Shown here piece after piece: positions 33,088 through 42,907 of a DNA stretch of 64,000 bases. Source of the stretch: Bacillota bacterium (GTDB lineage: Bacteria; Bacillota; Clostridia; TANB77; CAG-508); contig CAWVJY010000008.1 of NCBI GenBank assembly GCA_963929915.1, positions 226,705-290,704 of the forward strand, in the 5' to 3' direction. Position 1 is the first letter of the stretch. Every line of letters begins with the position of its first letter. The notes below the pieces were generated by a model. The model was given only the letters and a program-made list of their open reading frames with translations, ran no database searches and was not told the DNA's origin. The position numbers were made by a program, and so were the translations under genes.

Positions 33088-34144
33088 ATGATTACTGATA
33101 TTTTAAAAATGATTGCACCTGGTACTCCTATTCGTGATGGTTTAGAAAATATTCTAAAGGCAAAAACTGGTGCATTAATTGTCATAGGAGATAGTAAAGA
33201 AGTATTAGATTTAGTAGATGGTGGTTTCCAATTAAATATTGACTATACCTCCTCCAGGCTTTATGAACTTGCTAAAATGGATGGTGCAATTGTGTTAAGT
33301 AGCGATTTCAAAAAAATTCTTTATGCTAATGCACAATTAATACCACAGTCTAGTATTACTACTACAGAAACCGGTACTAGACATCGTACGGCAGAGCGTA
33401 CTGCAAAACAAACAGGAGCCCTAGTAATTAGCATTTCACAAAGAAGAAGTATTATTACTATTTTTAAAGGTAACCTCCGCTATGTTTTAGAAGATACTGC
33501 AAAAGTAATTTCCAAAGCAAACCAGGCATTACAAACAGTAGAAAAATATAAAAAGGTGTTTGATAATAAACTAAGTTTATTAAATGAATATGAGTTTAAT
33601 GATATTGTTACTTTAGAAAATGTAATTAATGCCATTCAACGTGCAGAAATGGTAATGAAAGTAGTAGAAGAGGTGCAAAGGTCTATTTACGAATTAGGAG
33701 AAGAGGGAAGACTTCTAGAAATGCAATTAGAAGAATTAGTTGGTGATTTAGAAAAAGAAGAACTTTTAATTATAAAAGATTATATTGCACCTGGTAAAAA
33801 ACGTACTGCAGAAAAAGTATTAGCAGAAATTCAAAGTTTAGAACATGATGATTTGATGGTTCTAGAAAAAAATAGCTAATCTTCTAGGATATGAAGATTT
33901 CGACAATTATGACGAAGTAGGTGTTTATACAAGAGGCTATAGAGTGCTTAGTAAAATTCCTAGAATGCCAAGTAATATTGTGGAGAATTTAGTTAAGTCA
34001 TTTAAATCTTTCCAACATATTTTGGCAGCAGATTTACAGCAATTAGATGATGTAGATGGCATTGGAGAGGTAAGAGCAAGAACCATTAAACAGTCTTTGA
34101 AACGTATGCAAGAACAATTTGTATTTGACAATTTAATGTTATAA
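33088..34144 (+). pseudogene. disA: DNA integrity scanning protein DisA (diadenylate cyclase), frameshifted near 33875 (may be an indel error)
   Basis: DAC domain DGAIVL ... TRHRTAERTAKQTGALVISISQ. The C-terminal HhH domain continues in another frame (33944-34144: RMPSNIVENL...DDVDGIGEVRARTIKQ). Real start is the ATG at 33088, after RBS AAAGGA. The track's longer ORF starts inside REP D. Confidence 0.8.
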
Positions 34145-34266
34145 TTGTATAATCAAAACGCAAATTTTATAAAAAATTATTTTGGCATTGTAAGGAAAAA
34201 ATTAAACACAAGGCACAAATTAAAATATAAATTTGGACAAGTAGTGTTAAAAAACAAGGAGGAATT

Positions 34267-35079
34267 ATGGAAGTATTTAAAAAAATTTTATTAATCTTAG
34301 GAATTATTATATTATTAGCAGGTATTGCTTTTGTAAGTTATGGTTTTTATAAAAAGGCAACTACCAATATTCCTAATCCAGTTGCTACCATGGAAGTAGA
34401 AGGTTATGGAACTATTAAAATTGAACTTTATCCAGATAAAGCTCCAAATACAGTAGCAAATTTTATTCGTTTAGCAAATCGTGGTTTTTATAATGGGCTT
34501 ACATTTCATAGAACCATTCCAGAATTTATGATTCAAGGTGGAGACAAAAATGGAGATGGAACAGGTTCTCCAAGTTTAAGTGATATTCAAGATGGCATTT
34601 CAGAAGAGGATAATAAAGAATATAATATTCCAGGAGAATTTATTGCTAATGGATATAATGAAAATAATTTGAAACATACCAAAGGTGTTATTTCTATGGC
34701 TAGAACTGACTATAGCCAAATGAGTACAGCTTTAACCCAATATGGCTACAATTCAGCAGGTTCTCAATTTTTTATTATGACAGAAGATAATACTTCATTA
34801 GATGGATTATATGCAGCTTTTGGAGAAATAATTGAAGGTATGGATGTTGTAGAAAAAATTGCAAATGTAGAAGTATATTATAGAGATACTGAACTTGAAG
34901 AAGGAGAGGAAGCACCAACAGATGAAGATGGGAATACCATTTCATCAGACACTCCAATAGAAGCACCTGTTATTACAAGCATTACTGTAGAAACCTATGG
35001 GGTAGATTATGGTATTCCAGAAACCAATGATGTATTTGACTATTATACATGGTTAATGCAACAATATGGAATGCAATAA
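34267..35079 (+). CDS. cyclophilin-type peptidyl-prolyl cis-trans isomerase with N-terminal membrane anchor
   Basis: HRTIPEFMIQGGD and the cyclophilin fold pattern. N-terminal TM helix. Confidence 0.85.
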   Translation: MEVFKKILLILGIIILLAGIAFVSYGFYKKATTNIPNPVATMEVEGYGTIKIELYPDKAPNTVANFIRLANRGFYNGLTFHRTIPEFMIQGGDKNGDGTGSPSLSDIQDGISEEDNKEYNIPGEFIANGYNENNLKHTKGVISMARTDYSQMSTALTQYGYNSAGSQFFIMTEDNTSLDGLYAAFGEIIEGMDVVEKIANVEVYYRDTELEEGEEAPTDEDGNTISSDTPIEAPVITSITVETYGVDYGIPETNDVFDYYTWLMQQYGMQ

Positions 35080-35141
35080 AAAGATACAACCTTAGGAAAA
35101 TGACAAAACAGAAAATAGAAAACAAGAGGTAGGAAAGAAAA

Positions 35142-35348
35142 ATGGCAAAGAAAACAAACAATAAAGAAAAAATAGCAAAGAAAGTAGATAGCAAAGAAAA
35201 AAAGATACAAGAAAATAAAAAAGGAAAAGTAAAAAAAGATTTAGGAAAAATGGCAACCAAAATTATGGCTATTATTTTAGTAGCTATGATGATATTATCT
35301 GTTGCTATTACATTAATTTATTATATGGTTTATGCGACGCAATCTTAA
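35142..35348 (+). CDS. small Lys-rich single-pass membrane protein
   Basis: ORF with purine-rich RBS. Basic N-half, C-terminal TM helix. Confidence 0.4.
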   Translation: MAKKTNNKEKIAKKVDSKEKKIQENKKGKVKKDLGKMATKIMAIILVAMMILSVAITLIYYMVYATQS

Positions 35349-35478
35349 AGCAAGATAAAAACTGTAAAGTAAAAAGTAATTTACAAAAAAGAATATAAAA
35401 ACATAATTTGAAAAGAATATAGAAACAAAATTTGCAAAAAATAAGGTAGAAAATAAAAATAAACAAAAGAGGTAAGAT

Positions 35479-36447
35479 ATGTTTGAAAACTTCACTTTAG
35501 AATTTAATGGAATTTGGCAAGCTTTTATGAGCTATATGACAGATCTTTCACAAAATCCATTAAAACTATTAACTTTATTATTAGATTTAGTAATTGTAAT
35601 TTATATTTTATATAAATTTATTGTGTCTGCTAGAAATTCAAGAGTATGGCAATTATTAAAAGGAATTTTACTTATTTTAATTATTACAGCACTTAGCGAA
35701 ATTTTACAACTTAGAATTTTAAATTATATTTTAACATTCTTTATGCCATATGGTGTTATAGCTTTAATTGTTATTTTTCAACCAGAACTACGCAGAATGT
35801 TGGAACAATTAGGTACCAATAAAATAACCAAATATTTTGGACTAGATAAGGACTTAGCAACGAAAACAAAAGAAGATATATATAAAATAGTTATTGCAGC
35901 AACTGAACTTGCTAAAGCTAAAACAGGGGGACTTATTGTAATTGAAAGAGATATTCAAATAAAAGACATTATCGATACTGGTGTAAAAATAGATGCAGAA
36001 GTTTCCCCACAATTGATTGTGAACTTGTTTACTCCTAATACACCATTACATGACGGAGCAGTTATTATTGCTAAAAATAAAATTGCAGCAGCTGCTTGTA
36101 TTTTGCCATTAGCAGATGATAAAGATATTGCAAAAGAAATAGGTACAAGGCACCGTGCAGGAATAGGAGTATCAAAAGAATCAGACGCTATTGCTATTAT
36201 CATTTCGGAAGAAACCGGAAAAATTTCTGTTGCAAAAGATGGAACCTTAATAGCAGATGTAAAAGAAGAAGCGCTAAAAAATATTTTAATCAAACATATT
36301 GTTGCAAAACGTTTTGGCAATGAAAAAGAAGAGAAAAATGTAGAACATGAAAATGCCGACAATACCAATATAGAAGATAGTATAGAGGAAACTCAAAAAG
36401 TAAAAAATAAAAAAGATAATAACACAGCATCAAAAAATAGAAAATAA
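35479..36447 (+). CDS. cdaA: membrane-bound diadenylate cyclase CdaA (DacA)
   Basis: Three N-terminal TM helices, then DAC domain LHDGAVII ... GTRHRAGIGVSKESDAIAIIISEETGKIS. Confidence 0.85.
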   Translation: MFENFTLEFNGIWQAFMSYMTDLSQNPLKLLTLLLDLVIVIYILYKFIVSARNSRVWQLLKGILLILIITALSEILQLRILNYILTFFMPYGVIALIVIFQPELRRMLEQLGTNKITKYFGLDKDLATKTKEDIYKIVIAATELAKAKTGGLIVIERDIQIKDIIDTGVKIDAEVSPQLIVNLFTPNTPLHDGAVIIAKNKIAAAACILPLADDKDIAKEIGTRHRAGIGVSKESDAIAIIISEETGKISVAKDGTLIADVKEEALKNILIKHIVAKRFGNEKEEKNVEHENADNTNIEDSIEETQKVKNKKDNNTASKNRK

Positions 36448-36530
36448 ATAATACAAAATAATAAAGAAAAAATAAAACAAATATAAAAACAAACTCTAAA
36501 ATAAAAATAAGGATTCGAAATAATAAAAAT

Positions 36531-37265
36531 ATGAGAAATATTAAACTAACAATAGAGTATGATGGTAGAGAATATCATGGATGGCAAAAACAGCCAAACA
36601 GGTTAAATATTCAAGGAGAAATTGAGCAAGCTATCCAAAAGGTAACGGGAAAAACGGTAGAACTCATAGGTTCTGGAAGAACAGATGCAGGAGTACATGC
36701 TTTTGGACAGGTGGCTAATTTTAAAATTGATACAGATTTCCCAATCGAAAAAATGGCTATTGCTATTAATTCTCAATTAAAAAGATCTATTCGCATTCAA
36801 AAAGCAGAAGAAGTAGAAGAGAGTTTTCATAGCCGTTATAGTTGCCATAAAAAAACATATGCTTATATTATTGATAATTCAGAACAAGGTTCAGCCATTT
36901 ATCGCAACCTAACCTACCATATACCACAACCTTTAAATCTAGAAGCAATGCAAAAAGCAGCAGAATTTTTAAAAGGAGAGCATGATTTTACTAGTTTTAA
37001 ATCGAGTGGTACTAGTAGTAAAAGTAGTGTAAGAACTATTTATGAAGCAAAAGTTTTAAAAGAGCAAGAAAGAATTGTTATTATGCTTACAGGAAATGGA
37101 TTTTTATATAATATGGTTCGAATAATAGCAGGAACTTTAGTAGAAGTAGGACTAGGCAATAAAAAACCAGAAGAAATGCAAGATATCATTTTACAAAAGA
37201 ATAGACAATTGGCAGGAAAAACATTACCAGCACATGGACTTTATTTAATGAATGTAGAATATTAA
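36531..37265 (+). CDS. truA: tRNA pseudouridine(38-40) synthase
   Basis: GSGRTDAGVHA catalytic Asp motif. Confidence 0.9.
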   Translation: MRNIKLTIEYDGREYHGWQKQPNRLNIQGEIEQAIQKVTGKTVELIGSGRTDAGVHAFGQVANFKIDTDFPIEKMAIAINSQLKRSIRIQKAEEVEESFHSRYSCHKKTYAYIIDNSEQGSAIYRNLTYHIPQPLNLEAMQKAAEFLKGEHDFTSFKSSGTSSKSSVRTIYEAKVLKEQERIVIMLTGNGFLYNMVRIIAGTLVEVGLGNKKPEEMQDIILQKNRQLAGKTLPAHGLYLMNVEY

Positions 37266-37354
37266 TGTATGAATAAAAAAGGATACAATGTACTTGTAAC
37301 CTTTTTGTTTTTTATGTCATAAAATATATAAAAAACAAAAAGGAGATAAGGAAT

Positions 37355-37780
37355 ATGAATACTTTATTAATATTTTTTGCCCTTCCTATAGCAACCATTA
37401 TTTTAGCCATTGTATTACAAAAAATATTAAAATGTGCATTATTAGTAGCAGCAACATTTTTTGCAATTTATTTAATTGTAACTTTTGCCGCTTTTGATGC
37501 TAGTTTTTTAGTCTTTGCTATTGCATATACCATTTTGGCCTATATTACGGCGGTAATAACCAAAATTATTTGCCATTGTTTAGAAATTTGGAGACAGCAA
37601 TGTAATTGTAATAATACTGGAAATGCAAGAACACAAAATACTCCAATTACCATTAATAATACAAGTCCTTGTACCAGTATTAATCTGGCAAGCGGAGCTA
37701 ATTTGTTAACAGATACAAATCAAACAACTCAAACAAGAAGAAATCATAATTGTTGCTGGAATTGTTCACGTAGAGGGTAA
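37355..37780 (+). CDS. membrane protein with Cys/Asn/Thr-rich low-complexity C-terminal tail
   Basis: Three TM helices, then CNCNNTGNARTQNTPITINNTSPCTS...NHNCCWNCSRRG. Confidence 0.4.
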   Translation: MNTLLIFFALPIATIILAIVLQKILKCALLVAATFFAIYLIVTFAAFDASFLVFAIAYTILAYITAVITKIICHCLEIWRQQCNCNNTGNARTQNTPITINNTSPCTSINLASGANLLTDTNQTTQTRRNHNCCWNCSRRG

Positions 37781-37835
37781 ACATAAGTTTTTATTTTTAC
37801 ATGCATAATATGATTCTAAAATTTATTTTATAAAA

Positions 37836-37970
37836 GGAATAGAATTGTCTTTTTCAATTTTTAAAACCTTTCCCCTTTTGGACATCTGTAACTCGGCGTA
37901 AACGCCTCGAACAGCTGTCACAATGGTCGCCCACGCAAGGCTTAAAAATTTCAAAAGACAATTCTATTCC
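37836..37970. repeat. ERIC-like 135-bp imperfect palindrome, copy 1
   Basis: GGAATAGAATTGTCTTTTTCAATTTTT ... AAAAATTTCAAAAGACAATTCTATTCC termini. GC-rich core CTCGGCGTAAACGCCTCGAACAGCTGTCACAATGGTCGCCCACGCAAGGC is ~95% identical to the copy at 53645-53779. Confidence 0.6.
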
Positions 37971-37974
37971 TTTT

Positions 37975-38030
37975 ATATTTAATACTTTATTACAATTATA
38001 TTACAAATATATTAAATTTATATTACAAAC
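37975..38030 (+). promoter_or_regulatory. third ATTACAA repeat module, upstream of the Tad-like cluster
   Basis: TTATTACAATTATATTACAAATATATTAAATTTATATTACAAACAAAG. Shares the 26-nt block ATTACAATTATATTACAAATATATTA with the sepF upstream module. Confidence 0.45.
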
Positions 38031-38114
38031 AAAGAACTTATTGTTTTTAGACGAAAAATGTTGTACAATAAATTAAATGATGATATTTTGTAAATTTATA
38101 AGGAGGAACAAGCA

Positions 38115-39065
38115 ATGGCAAAGAACCCAATGCAAAGAAAAGCTCAAAATTCATTTCTTTTAGGAATGTTAATCACATTATTAATAACAGGAATTATTAT
38201 TGCTGTTTTAGTAATACAACTTACTAAAATAACAAGAGAACAAAATGAGGCAAAAGCAAATTTAAAACAGGTTTATGTATTAACACAAGATGTTAATTCA
38301 GGAGATACTGTTACTACCGATATATTAACATTACAAGCAATGGACGCAAGTACTATTCCATCCAATGCACTAAGTTTAGCAGAACTAACTGCTAAAAGCG
38401 ATATTGTAGACGAAAATGGTAATCTTATTCAAAAAATGAATGTTGTTAGTAAAATAGATTTGAAACAAGGAACAATTATTACTTCTGATATGATTGCAGT
38501 ACAAGATGAATTAGCAGCAGATTTAAGAAAAGTAGAATATAATATGATTGTTCTTCCAACACAGTTACAAGATGGCAAATATATTGATATTCGTTTAAAA
38601 TTACCAACAGGAGAGGATTTTATTGTAATTTCCCATAAACAAGTAGAAATTCCTACTGTTGAAGGAATAGATTCTTTAAATAGTATTTGGTTAAACTTAG
38701 ATGAAACAGAAATTTTAACTTTAAGTTGTGCTATTGTAGAATCTTATCAAATTCAAGGTTCTCTACTATATATAACTGAATATGTGGAACCAGGCTTACA
38801 AGAAGCAGCTACTGCAACTTATTTACCAAACGATTCAACTATTAATTTAATTAACCGTGATCCTAACTGTGTAGCAGAAGCTAAAAATGCATTATTTGAA
38901 AGAAATAATAATCAGAGCACTAAAAATTCAGTTAGAAATCCTGTTAATAATAATTTAAATAATAATGCAGAAGATGCAATTGATAATGTTATTGACAATG
39001 TAGAAGAAGAAATTAGAAAAACGCAAGAAGAAAGACAAACTTATTTAGAGTCGTTAGGTGGATAA
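38115..39065 (+). CDS. CpaB/RcpC-like Flp-pilus assembly protein (N-terminal TM plus SAF-like domain)
   Basis: N-terminal TM, then VYVLTQDVNSGDTVTTDILTLQAMDASTIPSNAL SAF/beta-clip pattern. First gene of a Tad-like cluster. Confidence 0.5.
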   Translation: MAKNPMQRKAQNSFLLGMLITLLITGIIIAVLVIQLTKITREQNEAKANLKQVYVLTQDVNSGDTVTTDILTLQAMDASTIPSNALSLAELTAKSDIVDENGNLIQKMNVVSKIDLKQGTIITSDMIAVQDELAADLRKVEYNMIVLPTQLQDGKYIDIRLKLPTGEDFIVISHKQVEIPTVEGIDSLNSIWLNLDETEILTLSCAIVESYQIQGSLLYITEYVEPGLQEAATATYLPNDSTINLINRDPNCVAEAKNALFERNNNQSTKNSVRNPVNNNLNNNAEDAIDNVIDNVEEEIRKTQEERQTYLESLGG

Positions 39066-39135
39066 TAGAAAAGTAAAAATATGATAATTTAGAAAATTAA
39101 TCTTAAAAAATAGAAAAAAGTAATAGGAGGAAAGC

Positions 39136-39837
39136 ATGAAAACGGTAGGATTTATAGGGGCATATGATAAAACAGATTTGATTGTTTATATAGCAAGAAT
39201 TCTAGTGGTATTAGGAAAAAAAGTTTTGGTAATAGATGCTACTACTTTACAAAAAGCAAAATATATAGTACCTGCTATTTCTCCTGCTAAATCCTATATT
39301 ACTGATTTTGAAGGTATTGATATTGCAGCAGGATTATATAATTTTACCTCAATTAAAGAATATTTAGGGATGCCTTTACATGCAGCTTTTGAATATGATT
39401 ATATTTTTATTGATGCAGATTCATCAGAAGTGATTGAAAGTTTTAATTTACAAACTGCAAACCAAAATTATTTTGTAACGGCTTTTGATGCTTATTCTTT
39501 AAAAAGAGGATTAGAAATTTTATCTGGAATAGCAGAACCAATGAAACTAAAAAAAATACTATTTTCCAAAAATTGTACTGTAGAAGAAGATGAATATCTA
39601 AATTATTTATCATTAGGCTATAAAATTATATGGGATGAAGAAAAAATTTATTTTCCATTTGAATCAGGAGACCAAACAGTTATTATGGAAAATCAAAGAG
39701 TCGCCAAAATTAAATTGAAAAAGTTATCAGAACTCTATAAAACTAGCTTGATGTATGTTGCAGAAGAATTATTAGATAATGAAAAAGAAAGTGCAAATTT
39801 AAAAAAGGCATTTAAACAATTAGAAAAAGGGGTATAA
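39136..39837 (+). CDS. ParA/MinD-fold protein with degenerate Walker A (TadZ/CpaE-like pseudo-ATPase)
   Basis: GFIGAYDKTDL occupies the P-loop position instead of KGGxGK[ST]. Confidence 0.45.
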   Translation: MKTVGFIGAYDKTDLIVYIARILVVLGKKVLVIDATTLQKAKYIVPAISPAKSYITDFEGIDIAAGLYNFTSIKEYLGMPLHAAFEYDYIFIDADSSEVIESFNLQTANQNYFVTAFDAYSLKRGLEILSGIAEPMKLKKILFSKNCTVEEDEYLNYLSLGYKIIWDEEKIYFPFESGDQTVIMENQRVAKIKLKKLSELYKTSLMYVAEELLDNEKESANLKKAFKQLEKGV

Positions 39838-39842
39838 AGTTC

Positions 39843-40688
39843 ATGGCAATAATTACATTTTGTAGTAATGAAACTAAAGAAACAGGACAAACCTTATCTT
39901 TAGCGGCAATTGCTTCTTTTATGGCAATTGAGCATAATTATAAAATTCTAGTAGTATCCACAAATTTTAATGATTTGAGCTTAGAAAATTGCTTTTGGGA
40001 ATATAACAAAATAAGGCCATCTGGAGCAATTAAAATAGATGGACAAAAAAATGTGGGGCTAGAATCTGGAATAGAAGGATTAATTAAAGTCTTAAATAGT
40101 AATAGAACTAGTACTGAAATTGTAAAAAACTATTCTAGAATTGTATTAAGAGATAGATTAGACGTTTTTTTATCACCTATTACAAAATCTTATCAAGAAT
40201 ATACACAAATTACACCATATTATACAAACATTCTTCAAATTGCTAATAGGTATTATGACTTGATATTTGTAGACTTAAGCAAAAAAATGCCTAAACAAGA
40301 TGCAAATGACATTTTACAATTATCTGATATTGTTGTGGTAAACCTTACTCAAAGATTAAAAACAATAAATGATTTTATGCAATTAAGAGAATCTAACGAA
40401 TTTTATCAAAGAAAAAATGTAATGCTTGCTATAGGAAGATTTGATAAATTTTCTAAATATAATAGCAAAAATATTACTAGATATTTAAAAGAAAAGAAAT
40501 TAATTTCTGTAATTCCTTATAATACATTATTTTTTGAAGCTTGCTCAGAAGGAACCATTATTGACTTTTTACTAAAAGTAAAGAACATTACAGATGAAAC
40601 AGACCGTAATAGTAGTTTTATAAAAGAAATTCAAGCAATAGATAATAGTATTATTTTTAAATTACAGGAACTACAAATGAAAATGTAA
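39843..40688 (+). CDS. second ParA/MinD-fold protein with degenerate Walker A
   Basis: ITFCSNETKETGQT in the P-loop position. Start 4 nt after the previous gene. Confidence 0.45.
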   Translation: MAIITFCSNETKETGQTLSLAAIASFMAIEHNYKILVVSTNFNDLSLENCFWEYNKIRPSGAIKIDGQKNVGLESGIEGLIKVLNSNRTSTEIVKNYSRIVLRDRLDVFLSPITKSYQEYTQITPYYTNILQIANRYYDLIFVDLSKKMPKQDANDILQLSDIVVVNLTQRLKTINDFMQLRESNEFYQRKNVMLAIGRFDKFSKYNSKNITRYLKEKKLISVIPYNTLFFEACSEGTIIDFLLKVKNITDETDRNSSFIKEIQAIDNSIIFKLQELQMKM

Positions 40689-40715
40689 TCCTATTAGAAA
40701 GGAGACTTTAAAAAG

Positions 40716-42699
40716 ATGCTTAATATACTTTTAATTGTAATTGTGCTTTTATTAGCAGGTTTTCTTGTTTTTCGTTTTGTAAAGAAAAGACAAAATGAAA
40801 AAGTAGAAGAACAAATAGAAGTAGATGACAAAACTTATACACTAGAGATGATGAAAAACTTCGTAAAGAAAAGACTTGATGAAATTACCAAAATCAACCT
40901 TTATGATATTGGTCTTTCAGAAGAAGAATTAAAAAGAAGAAAGCAAAAAAAGTATGAGTTAAAAAAAGCATTAAAAGGTTGTACCTATGGAGATGTTAAT
41001 GATAAAAAATATGTTAAAGAACTCATTTATGACTTACTTTATCGTGAATATGGTGTTAATGAAACTAATGTATCAAAAGCTATACCATTTGATATTCCAT
41101 CCCTTTTAACAGCACAAGATAAATTTGACATTATTCTTTATATGTATAAAAATGAATTTGGATATGAAGCATTGCCAGAAATTATTAAAAAATATAACTT
41201 AGACGAATTAAAATATGTATCTGGTGAGGCGAAGCCTTGTTATGTAATTACCTCAGAAGAAATTGAAAAAATTTATGAAAAAGAAAACTTTGCTCTTACT
41301 TTTACTGATAAATTAAATGTAGTAGTACAAAGAATTTATCAACATTATAAAGGATATAGCAGTATTGATGAAATTAGAGATATGAACATAGATGGTATTT
41401 CAGGAGGTGTATCTGGACTTCCAGAATCTTTCTTAAGTCAAGTAGCACAAACCGATGGAGATTATTTAGACCAAATTGTAGAACATAAAGTTCCTCGTGC
41501 TTGTGATAGTATTTGGATTATGTTCCATGGTAAATCTATACGTTTAGCGTTTCTATCTTTTGGAACAGAAGCAGAACTAAAAAGAGTATGTCAAAATATT
41601 TATAAATATAATAACCCAGGTCAATTATCAGACACCAATGGTTATAAAATTAATGAAATGAAAGATGGTTCACGTGTTGTTGTAGTTAGACCTAGTATGT
41701 CAGAAACTTGGGCATTTTTCGTAAGAAAATTCGACGTTAAACGTGCAACTCTAGAACAAATTGTACTTTTTGATGGAAAAGAAGAAGCAATTGACCTATT
41801 AAAATATTTAGTAAAAGGTGCTAGAATTATTTCACTAACTGGTGAACAAGGATGCCGGAAAAACCACAATGCTTATGGCAATGATTGAAAACATATATGA
41901 AACTATGAACCTTCGTATTACAGAAACTGCATTCGAGCTTCACTTAAGAAAAATATATCCAACTAGAAACATCTTATCTATGAGAGAAACAGAAACTGTT
42001 TCTGGACAAGACTGTTTGGACGTTCAGAAAAAGACAGATGGTTCTGTTAATATTATTGGTGAGGTTGCAACAGACCCTGTAGCATCTTGGATGATTCAAT
42101 CTGCACAGGTTGCTTCTAAATTTACTTTATTTACTCACCACGCAAAAACTTTTCCAGACTTAGTAACTGCACTTCGTAACTCTATGCTTCGTGCAGGTGT
42201 ATTTAAAGATGAAAGAACAGCAGAAGAACAAGTAGTGCAAGTATTAAACTTTGACATTCACTTAGTAAAAGACTTTAGGGGTAGAAGATACATAGAAAGA
42301 ATTACGGAATGTATTCCTGTAGAAGATAAAAATGAATATACTTTTGACCATAGAAAACAAAAAACTTTAGAAGGTAAAATGGATAAATTTATGGATAATG
42401 CTACCATATTCTTTACCAAATCTACCAATAGAGAATTATACAAATATAGAAATATATTAGAATATCAAGACGGAAAATATGTACTTACAAATCCAATTTC
42501 AGAAACCAATATTCGCGAAATGAGAAACAACATGGATGATAGTGACTTAGACGGTTTTAATGATTTCTTACAAAGAAACTGGGGAATTGCACCAAAAAGA
42601 ATGGAAGACTATGAAACAAAAACAGCTACCGTTAGTGCAGAACCTAGCCTAGAAGGAGCTCCTAGAAAAAGAGGAAGAAAACCAAAAGCACAAGTTTAA
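40716..42699 (+). pseudogene. VirB11/CpaF(TadA)-family secretion ATPase with N-terminal TM helix; one-base frameshift inside the Walker A (may be an indel error)
   Basis: Frames 40716-41888 and 41842-42699. Joining them gives LTGEQGAGKTTMLMAMIE (Walker A), ITETAFEL, GEVATDP and THHAKT boxes. One extra T in GGA-T-GCCGGAAAAACC breaks the frame. N-terminus MLNILLIVIVLLLAGFLVF is hydrophobic. Confidence 0.65.
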
Positions 42700-42762
42700 A
42701 ATTAAAAAATAATAAAAATTTAAAGATTTAAAAATAAAAATTAAAGAATTAAAACAAAGAAT

Positions 42763-42862
42763 AGCAGAAGGAAATAAAATAGAACAGAACAGAACAGGAT
42801 AAAATAAGACAGAATAGAATAGAACAGAAGAAACAGAGATAAAAAATACAAGTTAGAATACA
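42763..42862 (+). repeat. imperfect AAYAG pentanucleotide tandem repeat in a ~200-bp purine-rich intergenic tract
   Basis: AATAGAACAGAACAGAACAGGATAAAATAAGACAGAATAGAATAGAACAGAAGAAACAGAG. The strand is almost free of T. Confidence 0.5.
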
Positions 42863-42907
42863 AAAGAAAAAATTAGCAAAACAGAAAACGAGGTGAAATT
42901 TTAAGAT

